This document shows positions 49,680 to 63,610 of a DNA stretch of 64,000 nt, one piece after another (position 1 is the stretch's first letter; each line of letters begins with the position of its first letter). The notes under the pieces were generated by a model, which ran no database searches, was not told the DNA's origin, and saw nothing but the letters and a program-made list of their open reading frames with translations. The DNA is from Torpedo marmorata (taxonomy: Eukaryota). Location: contig OZ360225.1 in the NCBI GenBank assembly GCA_977017645.1, positions 186,310,001 to 186,374,000 on the forward strand, written 5' to 3'. Position numbers and translations under genes: made by a program.

Positions 49680-51845
49680 TTCACCAGGTTAGTTCCTGGG
49701 ATGCAGGTCTGTCAAATGAGAAGAGCTTGAATTGGGTTGGCTTCTTCTTTAGAATAAGGAGGGGTGACCTCATTGAAACATGCAACATTCAAAGAGAAAC
49801 CAGAGGATGCTTCCCTTGGCTGAGAATCCTAGAGCAAGGGGTCAGACTCTCAAGGTAATAGGAGTGAAATGAAGATAATTTTCTTCACTTGAAGAGTGTT
49901 GATGCTTTGGAGTTCCCTACCCAGGAGGGCTGTAGAAGCTTGGTCAACAATTTCATTCAAAGTTAAGATCAATTGATTTTTGGATATTAGGAGTATCTAG
50001 TGAAATCCGGATACAAGAAGAAAATGGTGTTCAGAGAGCAAATCAGCCATAATCTTGTTGAACGCTGGAGCAGACTCAAGGGGCAGAATGGTCTACACCC
50101 ATTCCTATTTCTTATATTTTATGACTTATTGCTGTAACGTGTTTTGGTGCATGCATTGGAGCCTCTTGAACTTGTGAACGGCCCAACAAAATTACGTTTT
50201 TCTGCCTTTCATCTGTATCTTGGCAGGTATGTGTACCATACTCTCATCACATGCATATCTCTATTCTCTTGTGTCAAGTTGGAAAGTTATATGTTTATTT
50301 TGGTGGAGATAAACATTAGTTCTCAGGTTACACTCAATGCATATGCAAGATATGAGAACATGATAATCTAGTCACTGGAATAGCAGGGTAGCTTTCTCAA
50401 ACAGTAACCCAGAGACACGAGTTCAAATCTCAATGGATTCTGAAATTTAATTCATTAAATAAAATGTAGAAAAAGTATCAACAATGGTGGAATTAAAATA
50501 AAACATTACTGTAGAAATCCCTCTCGTTCACAAACACCTGCATTCCCTTCATGTGAACGAGATCGATAGCTACAGTATGTGGCTGATTCCCCTTTGAAAT
50601 GGTAAGCCACCAAGCTAGAAGGGGAAAAATTACCAGTGAAGTCCATATTCTAATCGAGAATTCAAAAAATAAGTAAGGAATGTAACCAAAATTGTTAGTA
50701 TAGTGGACTGCGAAGTAGATGAACAGGAAAAGTGGGCCAAGAAATTTTATACACCTCTAAAGATGTATAAAATCATGAGGGGCATTGTTTTGATGGATAT
50801 TCAGAATCCTTTCTCCAAGGACAAAAGTGTCTCATGCTTGAGGCCATGTGAAGGCGAGGATGTTTGAGATGTGCAGGCAAACACATTGTACAGTGAGTGG
50901 CCGGTGCCTCAAACAGGCTGCCAGGAATAGTGGTGGAAGCAGATATAATATTAGCATTTAAGAGGCTTCTATATAGACACATGAATATGAAGGGAATGGA
51001 AGAATATCAATGTGCAAGCAGCAGTTTTAGTTTGATTTGAACACCATGTTCGGCACCGACATGTGGGCCGAAGGGTTTGTTCTGTTCAATGAATGGCAGA
51101 TGGAATTTAACGACAAATGTGTTACACGTTGATATGTTAAACCAGGGCAGGATTTACACAATAAATGATCTGGCCCTGGAGAATGTTGGAGAACAGAGAG
51201 ACTCAGGAGTACAGGTACATAGCTCCAGAAACGCAGGTAGGCATGGTGGTGAAGAAGGCATTTGGCATGCTTGTCTTCATCGGTCAGGGCACTGAATATA
51301 GGAGCTGGGATGTCATGTTACAATGGTAGAAGAAGTTGGTGAGACAACACCTGGATATTGTGCGCAGTTCCGGTGACCCAGCTATAGGAAAGATTCATTA
51401 AACTGGAAATGTCACAGTAAAGATTCACGAGAATGTTACCAGGAATGGCAGCCTTGAATTTTAGGGAGAGGCTGGATAGGCTACAACTTCTCTCTCAAGG
51501 ACATAGGAGGTTGAGCAGAGACATTATAGAGATATAATAAAATCGTGAGGGGCACAAGTAAGGTAAATACTCATAGGGAAAGGACAGCTTTGACTCGAGG
51601 GCATATATTTAAGATGTGAAGGGAAAAATTTAAAAAGGACCTGAGGGACACCCTTTTCACATAGAGGGTGGTAGATATGTGGAACGAATTGCCAGAGGAA
51701 GTGGTAGAGGTGGGTACAATTGCAAAGTTAAAAAGACCTGTGGACAGGTACATGGATAAGAAATGCTTAGAGGGATATGAGCTAAAACCTCGGTCATCAT
51801 GGAGAAGTTGGGCCGAAAGGCCTGTTTCCCAGCTATAAAACAATG
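49680..51845 (+). mobile_element. Cluster of degraded CR1 fragments with an intervening SINE (about 50380-50670)
   Basis: tggcagatggaatttaa, aagattcacgagaatgttaccagg, gagggtggtagatatgtggaacga, and gggccgaa(a)gg tails. Confidence 0.75.
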
Positions 51846-52669
51846 ACTCACTGGAACAATGAACTTTTGCAAGCAGTTCTTCTCCTTCAAGAACATTTTA
51901 ACTATCGATACCATTTTGTGAGAACATGAGAAAAGAGCTGAATGTCGCTATCTAACATCTCTTACAGAGGACATGAAGTCTTGGGGAATTATGATTTTGA
52001 AGAAAACATCTGATGCATGGGCAGTCCTATACTATCCAGTTATTTCTCAATTTAAGGATGCTCCATTGCAACATTTCACTATGACATCATTTTCTCTTCA
52101 AGAGCCATTCGCTTAGTTTACAAAGCATGTTTTTTCCTGCTGTGATGAATATATTATTCTCAAATTCACATTATAGATTTCACCCAGCAAAGTTTCACTT
52201 TCTGAAATACTTTTCAGGAACTTTCCTGAACAAGAAAGAAGGAATGGCTGATTTTGAAAGTGATTGTAAATCTTCCATGTTGCAATCATTTTGTGGACAG
52301 CATCCAAGAACGACTATCAACATTTTACAGGTTGTTAGAAGAGTAATTGCAATGGGTGTCAACTTTTCATTGAATATCACAGTAAATTCCAGTGTCGTGA
52401 TACCTAGTTGTATAATTAATCCAGTTAGTTAAACTATTCCAATAATGCATTACACTTAGGAATTAGCGTACAGGGAATGCCATTGCTGTTTGAATGATAA
52501 AAATATTGGGAAGTATTGTAGTCGACAGAAACCTATAATCAATATGTGGATTAATCTCAACATGTTCCCTGTCATCTCTTGTTTTAAACCTCAGTAAACT
52601 TGACACTGCATAAAATTTAAAGCAGAGAAATAGATTGTTTGTTGCAACTGGTGTTTGATAGATAAGAAA

Positions 52670-52990
52670 ATAAGACCAGAAGAGTTACGTACAGAATTAG
52701 GCCATTAAGCCCATCGAGTCTGCTCAGCCATTCAAATCATGGCTGACATATTTTTCTATTCAATCTCAATCTCCTGTCTTCTCCCCAGAATCTTTAACGC
52801 CTTTACTAAACATGAACCTGTCAAACTCTGTTTTAAATATACCCAATGTCTTGGCCTCCACAGCTGTCTATGCCAACAATTCCACAGATTCACCACCCTC
52901 TGGCTGAAGACACTTCTCCTCACTCTGTTCTAAAGGGACGTCCTTTCATTCTTAGGCTTTGCCTTCTCGTCCAAGATTACTCCTGCTGTC
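52670..52990 (-). mobile_element. CR1 3' end fragment
   Basis: ataagaaaataagacc...ggccattaagcccatcgagtctgctc...ttccacagattcaccaccctctggctg. Confidence 0.75.
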
Positions 52991-53312
52991 CCATTCCTCA
53001 GACATGAGCATCTTCCTGCCCAGCAGTTTACCATTCTGGACTTTAGGAATAAAATCTAAACTTCAGGCAATAGCTGAAAGTTGATCAATTGCAAGATTGA
53101 CAAAACCAGCCCAGCCTTTCTTTGCACTCAGGCACACAATAACTGACAGCTTCCACCCAACAAGAGTCACATTATCTTCCAGAAGAATAAAGATTAGATT
53201 TAAAAAATGCTCACCAAAAAAGCCAGAACTTGTTAAAACTTCTTACCAAATGCCCCTCAAAGAAAGCAGGCAACCATTCAACATTTGATATTTTTAACAA
53301 AGAAGTCCATAC

Positions 53313-53408
53313 CATTAATTGTGCATGTCCATTTTGAAATGATCCCCCAGAGTCTCCATTCCCCTCTTCCTGACGATCTACAACTCGACATTTCACTGCA
53401 TCCTGAAC
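53313..53408 (-). CDS. ADGRB1: ADGRB1 coding exon (96 nt, phase 0-0), start of the cytoplasmic tail
   Basis: cacag|GTT ... ATG|gtatgg. Encodes [32 protein letters not shown], the BAI1-type peptide. Confidence 0.96.
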
Positions 53409-56400
53409 CTGTGAAGGGAAATGAGAACACCTGGTTACATTCAATATTAATTAAAGGGGAAAAAGGATCAAATAGGAAAACTATTCACTATTTCCTGAAG
53501 ATTCTTGGTGGGGAAAGGAGAAAAGCTGAACCTCACTGCTGGACTGAAATACTTGGAATATAGACATGGAGAAACAGGCAATTTCAAAATCAAGTCTAAC
53601 CATCAATCCCCACTTCTTAACGTCTAATGATATCCTTCTCGTTGCCTGAATATTTTCATTCGAAGGATTCCATGTTTGCCATGATGTGCTGGCTACCGAA
53701 CAAAAATACCTTTTTGTTGGACTAATTTTCATGAATATTTTTATTTAAGTAGCAAGTACTGATTAAGTTATTGCGACCAACCAAGTGAATTATTTAATTC
53801 TGCCACTATGACATCTGACCTAGGAGGAGGAATAAAAGATGAAACTTTGCAGAGTGGTATAAATATAAAATGTGACTGAAATTACGTGTCAACACAGCAG
53901 CCCAGGTCACAATGAAGGAATTCCAACATCACAACGGAGCCTGAAAATAAGATGTTATTGGTATAACAGGACTAAAATCTGGAGTATACTTTTCCCAAGC
54001 ATTTTAGATGCTGGTTGAACTAGAATTTTCAAGGTTGAGATGGAAAGATTGTTATCAGTTAGGGAATGAAGGCTTTACGTTAAAGACAGGTAACTAGAGT
54101 TGAGCTAGAAAAGAAATGTGATCTAATTGAGCAGTGGAACAGACTTAAAGAGCTAAATGGCCTATTCAGGTTCGTGTGGTCCAGATATGAACGCCTCGTT
54201 CATCTTAATAATGCAGAACCTTTCCCACATTTCCACTCAATTTCAGTTGAATTCAGGAAAGAGGTGAAAAGTGGCAGAATGCTGAAGTATCTTCTCAAAG
54301 TACCAATTTTGACATGTTTGGATTCATTGAGATTAAAGTTGAATAAAACATCAAAATGTTGGGCATGACAGCTTTAGAAACATGTCCACAGTTGCTGACA
54401 CTAATCACTCTTAAAGTTGTGTGTTTCTGAAGTTCCATTCTACTGACTTCTATGAAACTGAATTCCAGGAGTACATACAATACATAATTGCTATTCAGTA
54501 GTAGTCCTTCCTTTTCCTGCCATATTTCTGAAGTCTTAGCTGAAACAGCATGAGCAGAGATTAATTCAAAATGAGAAGCAATGAAAACCCTCTCATGAAT
54601 GCACTTACGTAATACTTGCTCATCACAACTGGACACGTTTTGCTAACTCTTCCTTCTCGAGAAGGTGAGTCTACAGGAAGCGCCTATCTCTGTGAGGCAA
54701 TTGCTTCTCCAAAAGAAGATTTGTACTACAACATCTCTCTTTTATGTCTTACACATGATTTTTCATTGAAGGTAAGGGCAACAGGGTGACTGTGCATGGG
54801 AACAGTACGACAAGATTGTAACAGGAGTACATTATAGAGCCCATTAAACTTACTCTGCCATTCAATATTAGTTTTTCCACAACTTCTCTTCTGCCAATCC
54901 TCAAAACCATCATAAACTCCAAGAATCTGTGGCTCTGCCTTGAATGCATTCAGTGACTCAGCATCCATAATAAATAGTTTCTCCTCAATTTGTTTCGATA
55001 TAGCTGAATCCTGAGATCATGAACACTATTTCTCCAATCTTTAACTATGGTAAGGTCCGAGTTAGAGACTTTCTATTCCCAGTTGAAGATGATCTATTGC
55101 TCACAGATCCTCTGACTACCTAACAAGAAAAATAGGTCAGTATTTCACTGAAAAAAAATGGGCCACAGGTTTACTGAAAAAGCAACATTCCCAAAAAATC
55201 ATCAAGAGCGACCAAGAAGGTGTGTTTTGAAGACCAGGAATTGGATGTTATTTTTAATCCATATCCTTCCCACTCAGAAGCAGTCGTGTTGCAAACTGAG
55301 CCAAACTGTGAAGATATCAGTGAACAGATAGTCTATTAAATATAATGTACAATCTCCTTTGACATTTTTGTCAAGACCAAAGCAAAAATGCTGAAAAAAA
55401 TGTATACAGCATTTCACGATTTCTCTTCCGTAGCACCACACCCCTTAACCAATACTAGCTCAGGCATAGAGTGAAGCAGATTTTGAGGTACAATCCTTCC
55501 ATGTCAATGCCACTGACAGGTATCATGAATTTAAACATCAACATTAAAAGGAAAATCTGAAGTAGGTGTGAAAATAAGTCACACAAATGAAAAAAAGGGA
55601 ACATGGTGGGAATTCATAGCAGGTCAAAGAAAGAACTGAAAAGTTAATATTTAACTTGTCAAAGGCTGTTAAAATGAGCTGTCCTTCAATGCAACATGGG
55701 ACACTTTTCTCCAACACATCTCACTTCTCTTCAACAACCTGACTGATGTAAAGCCATTCTCTGCCAATTTCACACATGGGCTTGGACAGTCAGCAGTCAG
55801 GTTATTCATCATTTATATTTGAAATAGAAAGGCTTAAAAATATCTCAACATGAAAAAAATAGCACCAATGTAACATTTAAGAGCATAATCTCAATTCCTT
55901 CACATAAATGCTACCCCAAACTATTGTTTTATGTAATCAACTTTATGGACTGTACATTGGTAACAGTGGAAGAAAGATATATGTTACTACTCAGCAGACA
56001 CTGAACCAATGAGGAAGGCACTTGGAAAGGCTACTTGATTTTAAGGAAGAGAAGGAGGATGAGCAGTGGAAGATTTGAGGAAGAACATTCCAAAAAAATA
56101 GTGACTAAACGAAAGACACAAACTCTCATGCTTAACAACCCACACTCTAACTCTCTTCCTTTCTGCATCACTGTCCCTTCCCTGTTCTCCTGTGGTTTAA
56201 CTTCAAAGATCCTCATAAACTCATCAATTATTCATCGTGAGATCCATCCGTCACTTCAAATGTTTCAGTCTGCAAGTTCTTCCTCCTTCTTGGTTACACA
56301 TTGTGCCTGCACAGATGGAGGACATTGGAGGGCCAGTGAAGTCTAATTAAGTCTTAAGGTCCAGCAAGGACAAGGATTCAGAGCACAATATGGGCAAAAT

Positions 56401-58370
56401 TGCAGACATGCGGAATGGTGGCTCAGGGTACAAGTAGAATAGGTCCTCCAAAGGGTACATAATTTGTAATGGGAGCTGAGCCTCCTGGGATGAGTCTTCC
56501 TAATCTTCATTCCAGAAGACTTGAGCACATGACTTGCTTTTCCTTCAAGAGAGTGGATCAAATACTAACTCTCTGAATATCAAAGATTACAGTTATGTTC
56601 AAAATAAAACAAAACTTGCTATTAGATTTCAAGCAATACATTTATTCATGAAAATAAGCAAAATTGTATTTTTCTTACTATTTTGTCATATTCAGAATAA
56701 GTAAGGTACAGAGCATTATTATTCCTGTAAATACTACGTGATGGAAAGAAACATGCATCAAAATCCACAAAGGACTTAGTTCAAGATTCAAGAAAATATT
56801 TCTAACTTGTATCTTTAAAAATTCCCTTCCTCACACGAACATCATTTTGCTAGACTGCAGTTTTGACCTTAATGTTTGCTACGAGCAGTTGGATTTACAA
56901 GTAGTCAAAATTGTGATTCAAATGGCATGCAGTCAAACTCTTCAAAATAACTTGCTTTTAATTTCCTGCTTTTAATTTCAAATAAATGAGGAACACAGAT
57001 ACCGCGCTCCCCCCCCCCCAAAAACAGCAAGGATTTTATAAATTAGAAATACTGCAGATTTACTTTCCCAGCAAAGATACAAAACTGAGATTATCACCTC
57101 ACCAGGAATACCAACATTTTGCTCACTGATAGGCCCCAGAATTATTTATATCAATATGTTACCAGCTGCCATGTTCAGTCTGAGATCTATCTTGACTTTA
57201 TAGGAAGCGATACTGCAATGAGGGAGGAAGTGTAATCACAAATCTCACGATAAAACAATTGGTTCTTCTCACTCTTTTACAAATATACATTGACACCAGC
57301 TCATCATCCCAGTTACAACAGCACTTTCACTATATTTACAGCTATCACATCACATTTATTGATGCATGATACCACTATGCAGTACATAGAATATGTAGCA
57401 GAGAGACTGGCCATTTGGTACAATGCTAATACTTATGTTTCACACATCTCTATTTATTTCACTCCACGCTATCAATGTATCCCTCTCGTCTTTACTCTCA
57501 CGTGTGTTTATTTAGTTTCTACTTAAATGTCTCTCTGCTGTTCACCCCAGCCACTTCACAGGGTTGGCAGTCCCAGATTCTCACAACTAAATGAGCCAAC
57601 TAAGTGGTACTTGAATTACTTATTGCATATACTGCCGATTATTTTACAAAGTTGGCCTGAATTTTGATAGATTAAGAATTATTTTGGAGCACTCAGAGGA
57701 GGTATTAATCAATACTGAAAGAATATTGAATATTTTAGAACATTTCAATTTAAACGCACACATGGATAAATGTAAATGTGTATGCATAGAAACATACACA
57801 CTCACAGTCACACACAAATAATATAAAAAAGCTAAATTAATGCAACTGAAACACAATGATTTTGAACGTAGAGAACATTTCAACCAATTCATCTCCTAAT
57901 TTCCCCATTCAGCACCATTTTCCCATCTCCATTTGACCCATTCTGTCATTTTTTTTAATAGTGACTTTAACATAACTTATTCGAACATTTCAATTAACTT
58001 CCTCCTTTCTAGCTCCAAGCACTGTCACTTAATTTGTCTTTGGCAGCAGCATTTATTCAGGATGTGGGACCTATATAAGAAAAAAAAACTTCTGGAAATT
58101 CATTCTCAGATGCTGCACACACGAGGTTCATTATCATGAATCAGCAACCTATTCTGTGTGATCAATGGGTTGAATTGTGGAGATAGTGTACAATTTAATG
58201 ATGCTACTATGTAGAATGTTTAATCTCTAGTCAATGGGAGTAAATGTCTAGAAAGTGCTTCAGAATAATGCAGACTTGTGAAGGTCTTGCAGCAGCATGC
58301 ATCTTAGAACTGTTCAACTGAGTGTTCCCACAAGATTACAATTATTTCTCCCCCCACCCGCCACCCCCCC

Positions 58371-58374
<4 letters not shown>

Positions 58375-58402
<28 letters not shown>
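58375..58402. repeat. (CA)n microsatellite after a poly-C run
   Basis: cacacacacacacacacacacacacaca. Confidence 0.95.
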
Positions 58403-58407
<5 letters not shown>

Positions 58408-58789
58408 AACCTTAACGGTGCTGTACAGCGTTTTATTTTCAAGAAACAGCTCCCCTCAAACTATTCAGTTTAAATGTTATAAACCTCCTGAGTACTGAAA
58501 GCAGAACATCAAAATTCATGATTATCATCATAATCACTGGCAGAAGTTTTTGATCTGTTCCTATATTTCTGACACACATAAAACAGATATCACAACCAGA
58601 TTTGAGAGGAAATACATGCAATCTGAGCACAGATTTGATGCTAATCAATATGCCCCATTTTTATTCCCTTTCCAGATGTGTGAAAACAGATCTCTGCAGC
58701 ATTTTCCCTCGGGTAAAATTCAATCCTCTAACCCGGCAAATCATTTAACGCCTACCCCTTAATTTCACATGTATTTCCATGTGACATAC

Positions 58790-58961
58790 CTCTCTTCTCA
58801 AAATGCAGTGGACCATTACAATGACAAAGCCTTCCAAAGAGTCAAAGACAGCAAAGAGGATTTGAAAGAGGGCTGATCTTCGATCTGTGATGGCCAAGAC
58901 GGCAGACATCCAAGTCAGAGCTAAAAGTGGGAGAACAACACAGGAGCTCCAAAGAGATGCC
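58790..58961 (-). CDS. ADGRB1: ADGRB1/BAI1 coding exon, TM6-TM7 (172 nt; the preceding exon was not found in the window)
   Basis: Acceptor tcttaccag|G, donor GAG|gtatgt. Encodes [64 protein letters not shown] and DSLEG match BAI1 rather than BAI3 (TDKRSIL, DSLQG) as I recall them. Confidence 0.96.
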
Positions 58962-59161
58962 CTGGTAAGAGAGGGAAAAAAAGTGTGAGGGAGAAACGTG
59001 AAGTGTCTGCTGAATGTCAGATTAACATCATTCACAAAGGACTTCATTTGACATAAAATCCAAACGCAACAAGGGAGAAATGCTAAACAACCTTCATTTC
59101 AATACAAGTAAAATACTCAATGTAGTCAGCTACTAACAAGGATCATGCAAATTCCTATGTA

Positions 59162-59489
59162 CAGGTAGTCCTCGACTTACGACCTATGCGAGTTACGTCC
59201 ACCCGCACATACGACCAACATTTTTTTGTATTAAAAGTACTGTATATATATTGAGATTCTTTATTACAGTATTTACTTGAAGTTCATATGTTGAGTATCT
59301 TTATTAAAGGTACTGTACAGTACATATGTTGAGATTCTTCATTAAAGGTTCATTTGTTGAAAATGTTTTTGAAAAATTGCTTTAAGACCTCGTTAAAACA
59401 TGCACGGTAGAGTGAATCCGACTTACGACCAATCCGAGTTACGACCAATCCTTCGGTCCCAATTACGGTCGTAAGTCGAGGACTACCTG
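59162..59489. mobile_element. Tigger/pogo-like MITE (328 bp)
   Basis: Perfect 23-bp TIR CAGGTAGTCCTCGACTTACGACC. TA TSD on both sides. Subterminal ttacgacc repeats. Confidence 0.93.
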
Positions 59490-60125
59490 TATAAAAAAAA
59501 GTGAAACAGCCTGGAAGGCTTACATTTCTCCATTAACAATAAAAAGCTCTCCATCTATAAAGTTTTACATAATAACTCACTCAATAAGAAAAGCAATTTC
59601 TCATTTGCAATATTACACATCTGAAATGCATATTAATCGTTTTGTTAAACTAATTGTCTAATACCACCTACCACTTCATGAAGAAGTGTAATTATTTTTC
59701 ACACAATACAGTGAAAAACTTACTTTGAGAAGAAAATAATAATCTGTCATAACACAGCAGTGAGATGAAATACGTGTAATGAAAGGTCATGGGAGAGGAT
59801 GTGATCCATCAAATCTACTCGCTCCATCTGCAAAATGCACAGCCCCAAACTTATTTTACCTCCTGAGGAAATGGCAAGAGACTATTTTACTTTCATCTTT
59901 CTGAAAGTGTAACATTTTCTTTCTGTTTCACTGTGGAAATGTTGAATTTTGCTGTATTAACTGCATGTTGAATATATTTAAAAAAATGACTGACAGTTTT
60001 TAAAATGTTTAAATTTCTAGACTTCAGATGCAACTTTGCAAAACTACAACTTTTGTTTTCAGGGGCCATATTTCTTGATTTGCACGTCCCAACGAAGAAT
60101 CGATTAGAATTGAAATGAGCGTTAA

Positions 60126-60686
60126 CAGTTGTACCTCTTTAATCTGGCGACGTTGGGACCTAGCCATTGCCGGACCACAGAAAATGCCGGAAAACAGAAA
60201 TTGACCCCTAAGGGAACCCCCTATGTAAACATATCAAAGGTAGAACAAAGCTTAAAACAGGAAATAATACTGTGGGGCGGCACGATTAGCGTAGAGGTTA
60301 GCGCAACGCGTTTACAGCGCCAGCGATCGGGACTGGGGTTCGAGTCCCGCGCTGTCTGTAAGGAGTTTGTACTAACGACGGCAGATTCAACCTTTACAGC
60401 GCCAGCGATCGGGACCGGGGTTCGAGTCCCGTGCTGTCTGTAAGGAGTTTGTACTAACGACGGCAGATTCAACCTTTACAGCGCCAGCGATCGGGACCGG
60501 GGTTCGAGTCCCACGCTGTCTGTAAGGAGTTTGTACTAACGACGGCAGATTCAACCTTTACAGCGCCAGCGATCGGGACCGGGGTTCGAGTCCCACGCTG
60601 TCTGTAAGGAGTTTGTCCTAACGGCGGCAGATTCAAACATGGGAGTTGCCGGACCACAGAGCGCCGGATAAGTGAGGTACAACCTG
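60126..60686. mobile_element. Tigger/pogo-like MITE carrying a tRNA-SINE head and an 82-bp tandem array
   Basis: Imperfect TIR CAG(G)TTGTACCTC.. / ..GAGGTACAACCTG followed by TA. Subterminal ttgccggaccacaga occurs at both ends. Confidence 0.8.
60311..60636 (+). repeat. Tandem repeat, 4 x 82 bp, each unit with a Pol III B box
   Basis: Units start at 60311, 60393, 60475 and 60557. GGTTCGAGTCC at 60337, 60419, 60501 and 60583. Confidence 0.95.
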
Positions 60687-61699
60687 TAGTAGGTTTGTAG
60701 GGTTCAACATTCCTTTGTTGGAAAGGTTGTGTGATCCCAACTCTAAAAGCTCCAACCCGTTATCAACTAGGCTCTCATCTAATCACAAGGCAACTCTAAA
60801 TTTTAGTTTCAATATTTTTAATGTCTTAAATTTAACCAGCATTCAATGCACAGACAGAAAACAAGGGAAGCGGCAGAGGTGTAGCACGAGTGTGTAATCA
60901 CTTGATCTGGATATGCAGCACAATATCAAATGTGTTCTGTCATCTTGCGTTTACAGGTTCTTTCAAATCACAAGACATCTCTGATAAAGAAATTCATCAA
61001 AGTGCGTTTGCATTTGTGTGGTGCCTTTCAGAACCTCCAGGTGACCACTTTATAGTCATGGAAATATTATTTCAGTATGGTATTGAAAACATGCAGCCAA
61101 ACTATGAACGCCAATATTCTCAAAGAGGAATGTGATGATAAACAATTAATCTGCTTTTGTTACGTTAGTTGCAATCTTGGGTACTGAAGCAACAGCTCTT
61201 ACATTTCTTCAAAGAGTTGCATCTTTTACTTTGATACAGATGTACTGATGCTTTCTCAGTTTCACATCACATAAGAAAGGCAGCACCTCAGGCACACAAC
61301 CCTTGTGTAAATATTGTACTGAACTGAGAGTTTATTTTATTCTCCAGAGTGAGACACTAATCCACAATCTTTCATCTTCCAGGTGAAGTTTCCATGGCAA
61401 TACTTGAGCTTTTTAAGTTTTTGCTTTAACACAGGGACTCTAACAAAGGTTGTGTTCGAGAACCTTCAGCATGTGGAGCAGGCTTGTAAAATTAATTTAC
61501 TATTGCAATGTTATATATATTTTCTCTTTGATAATGTTAGTTCAAGGCCCCGTTACCTTCCGAGGATAGATATGAAAAAAGCCAATTTGAAGGTGGTTAT
61601 TATTTAACTTTCTGTCAATATTACTAAACCATTGGTATGAGACATCCTGTTTGTGACAATTTGCGCAAATTTCCTTTCTCACTTTACTCCAAAAGAGTG

Positions 61700-62280
61700 A
61701 ATACCTTACGAAGAGCAGCGCACCAGTAATGCGGACATCACCCCCTGTTGAGAAGGAGAAGCAGAGTAGACAACCCTATGGATGATGACCATGGTGGTGC
61801 ACCAGCGAGTGGCTCTGCGGCTGAAGGACACACAGGCGGCGAGCTGTTGGCGACTTGTGAGCGAGGAACCCACACAGGCTGAAGGCAACTTGAGGTCGAG
61901 GGACTCACGCCAGGTTGCGGGCTTCTGGAGGCTGGCTCATGGGAGCCAGGTGTCAGGACCGGGATTCGAAAGGAGGGCTCCCAAAGGCCCCAGGGCGCTT
62001 AAGGCTTCCACATCGTGTTGGAAGTTTGGATCTGGGCTTGGGTTGCCGATGTTTTGAACTGAACTGGAGTCTTGTGAGGCTGCAGAAGATACAGGAGCAC
62101 TGGAGGCAAATCCACGTACACTCGGTGACCCTGGGAGGAACTCTCTTTTGCTTCTCTTTCTCTGACTGTAATGCTAATGCTAATGGTGAATCTTATCTGC
62201 CTTATAGCAGATGAAAGGCAATTTTGTGTAATATTACATTTCTGTTTTATTACATGACAGTAAATAGCATCTAATATCTA
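61700..62280 (+). mobile_element. Unclassified GC-rich retroposon with a LINE-like tail (tail related to 38610-38735)
   Basis: tctgccttatagcaga...aattttgtgtaatattacatt...tattacatgacagtaaat versus tctgccttacggtaga...aatttcatgtatgttacatt...tattacgtgacaataat. Confidence 0.5.
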
Positions 62281-62369
62281 AAAGAGTACTTCACTGCCTG
62301 TGAAATACATTGAGGAATTATTGGAAAGAAACCCTGCAAATACAGATGATTTTTCTCTTGAATAGAATA

Positions 62370-63610
62370 ACTAATCAAGAATTATACCTTTTACAATGGA
62401 TAATACGATCCTGGATGCCTGGTCCCGGAAAGGGATCAGATGTGTCGAGGATTGCTATGAGCAGGGACAACTTATGTCATTTGAACAATTAAAAAATAAG
62501 TATGGTATTATGAATAATACACTCTTCTGCTATTTCCAGCTGAGATCTTACCTAAGGGATAAATTGGGCCCATCAATGACCCTTCACTCCATGCAGTGAA
62601 GTGGAGACTTTGATTCGAAAGGGGATCGATCACAAAGAAGTTTATTTCAGCAGCCTATCTTTTACTACAAAAAGGAATCCCTAAACAGGGGCTACATAGA
62701 CCTAGACAGAGATGGGAGTCAGACTTGGATATAATAATTAATGAACAAAACTGGTCCGACTTATGTCGGGACAGTATGAAAAACACAATAAATATAAGAT
62801 ACAGACTGGTGCAATACAATTTTTTGCACCAGTTATATCTCACGCCACAAAAATTGAATAAATTTAAATCAGAAATATCAGATAAATGTTTTAGATGCGG
62901 CAAAGAAATAGGAACTTTTTGCATTTAACCTGGTCATGCCCCAAAGTAAAACCTTTCTGGACAGACTTAGGGAAACTCTTAGAACAAATTACAGAAATTC
63001 AGTTCCCACAACGCCCAGAATTATTTCTATTGGGCAATATCTCCGGCGTAAGACCTAAGATGAGGCTGTCAAAATTTCAAATAAATTTTGTGGAGATCGC
63101 ATTGGCGGTGGCCAGGAAATGTATAGCGGTCACATGGAAGTCTGATTCCCATCTAGGTATGATAAGATGGAATGAGGAAATGTACAGTTGTGTTCCCCTT
63201 GAGAAGATTACCTATTATCTTAGAAATAGATATGATATATTTTTAAAGATTTTGACTCCATATTTACAACACATGGCTGTAAATCTATAACCAGGCCCCT
63301 CCTCGCCTCCAGGACCTATGTCCATTTCCTCTTCAAAAATCCGAGTATGCCAAGTAATTTAAGCCTGCGGGGTGGACAACGAGTCTCCAACGTCTTCTTT
63401 CCTTTTCTATTTCAACCTTTTCTTATACTATTCCTCTCTTTTCTTTCATTTTGGGGGGAATTGGGTGGGTGGGTTTTATTTTGTTTATAGTTTTGTTGTT
63501 TTTTTAGTATAACAGTCAGCAGACGAATATTATATTTGATGATGTATTATTTTTGTTATTGATAATATGTTTGGCTTTAAAAAATACAAATAAAATATTC
63601 AAAAAAAAAA
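62370..63610 (+). mobile_element. 5'-truncated L1 LINE (ORF2 C-terminus, 3' UTR, poly-A)
   Basis: YRLVQYNFLHQLYLTP, CFRC...H..WSC cysteine-rich motif, IALAVARKCIAVTWK...PLEKITY. G-rich 3' UTR, AATAAA, A10 at 63601-63610. Confidence 0.92.

Noticed and set aside
60311-60636. CRISPR-like or tRNA-gene array
   Set aside because: Units are near-identical along their whole length with no unique spacers and no cas genes. The B box belongs to a SINE head, with no full cloverleaf.
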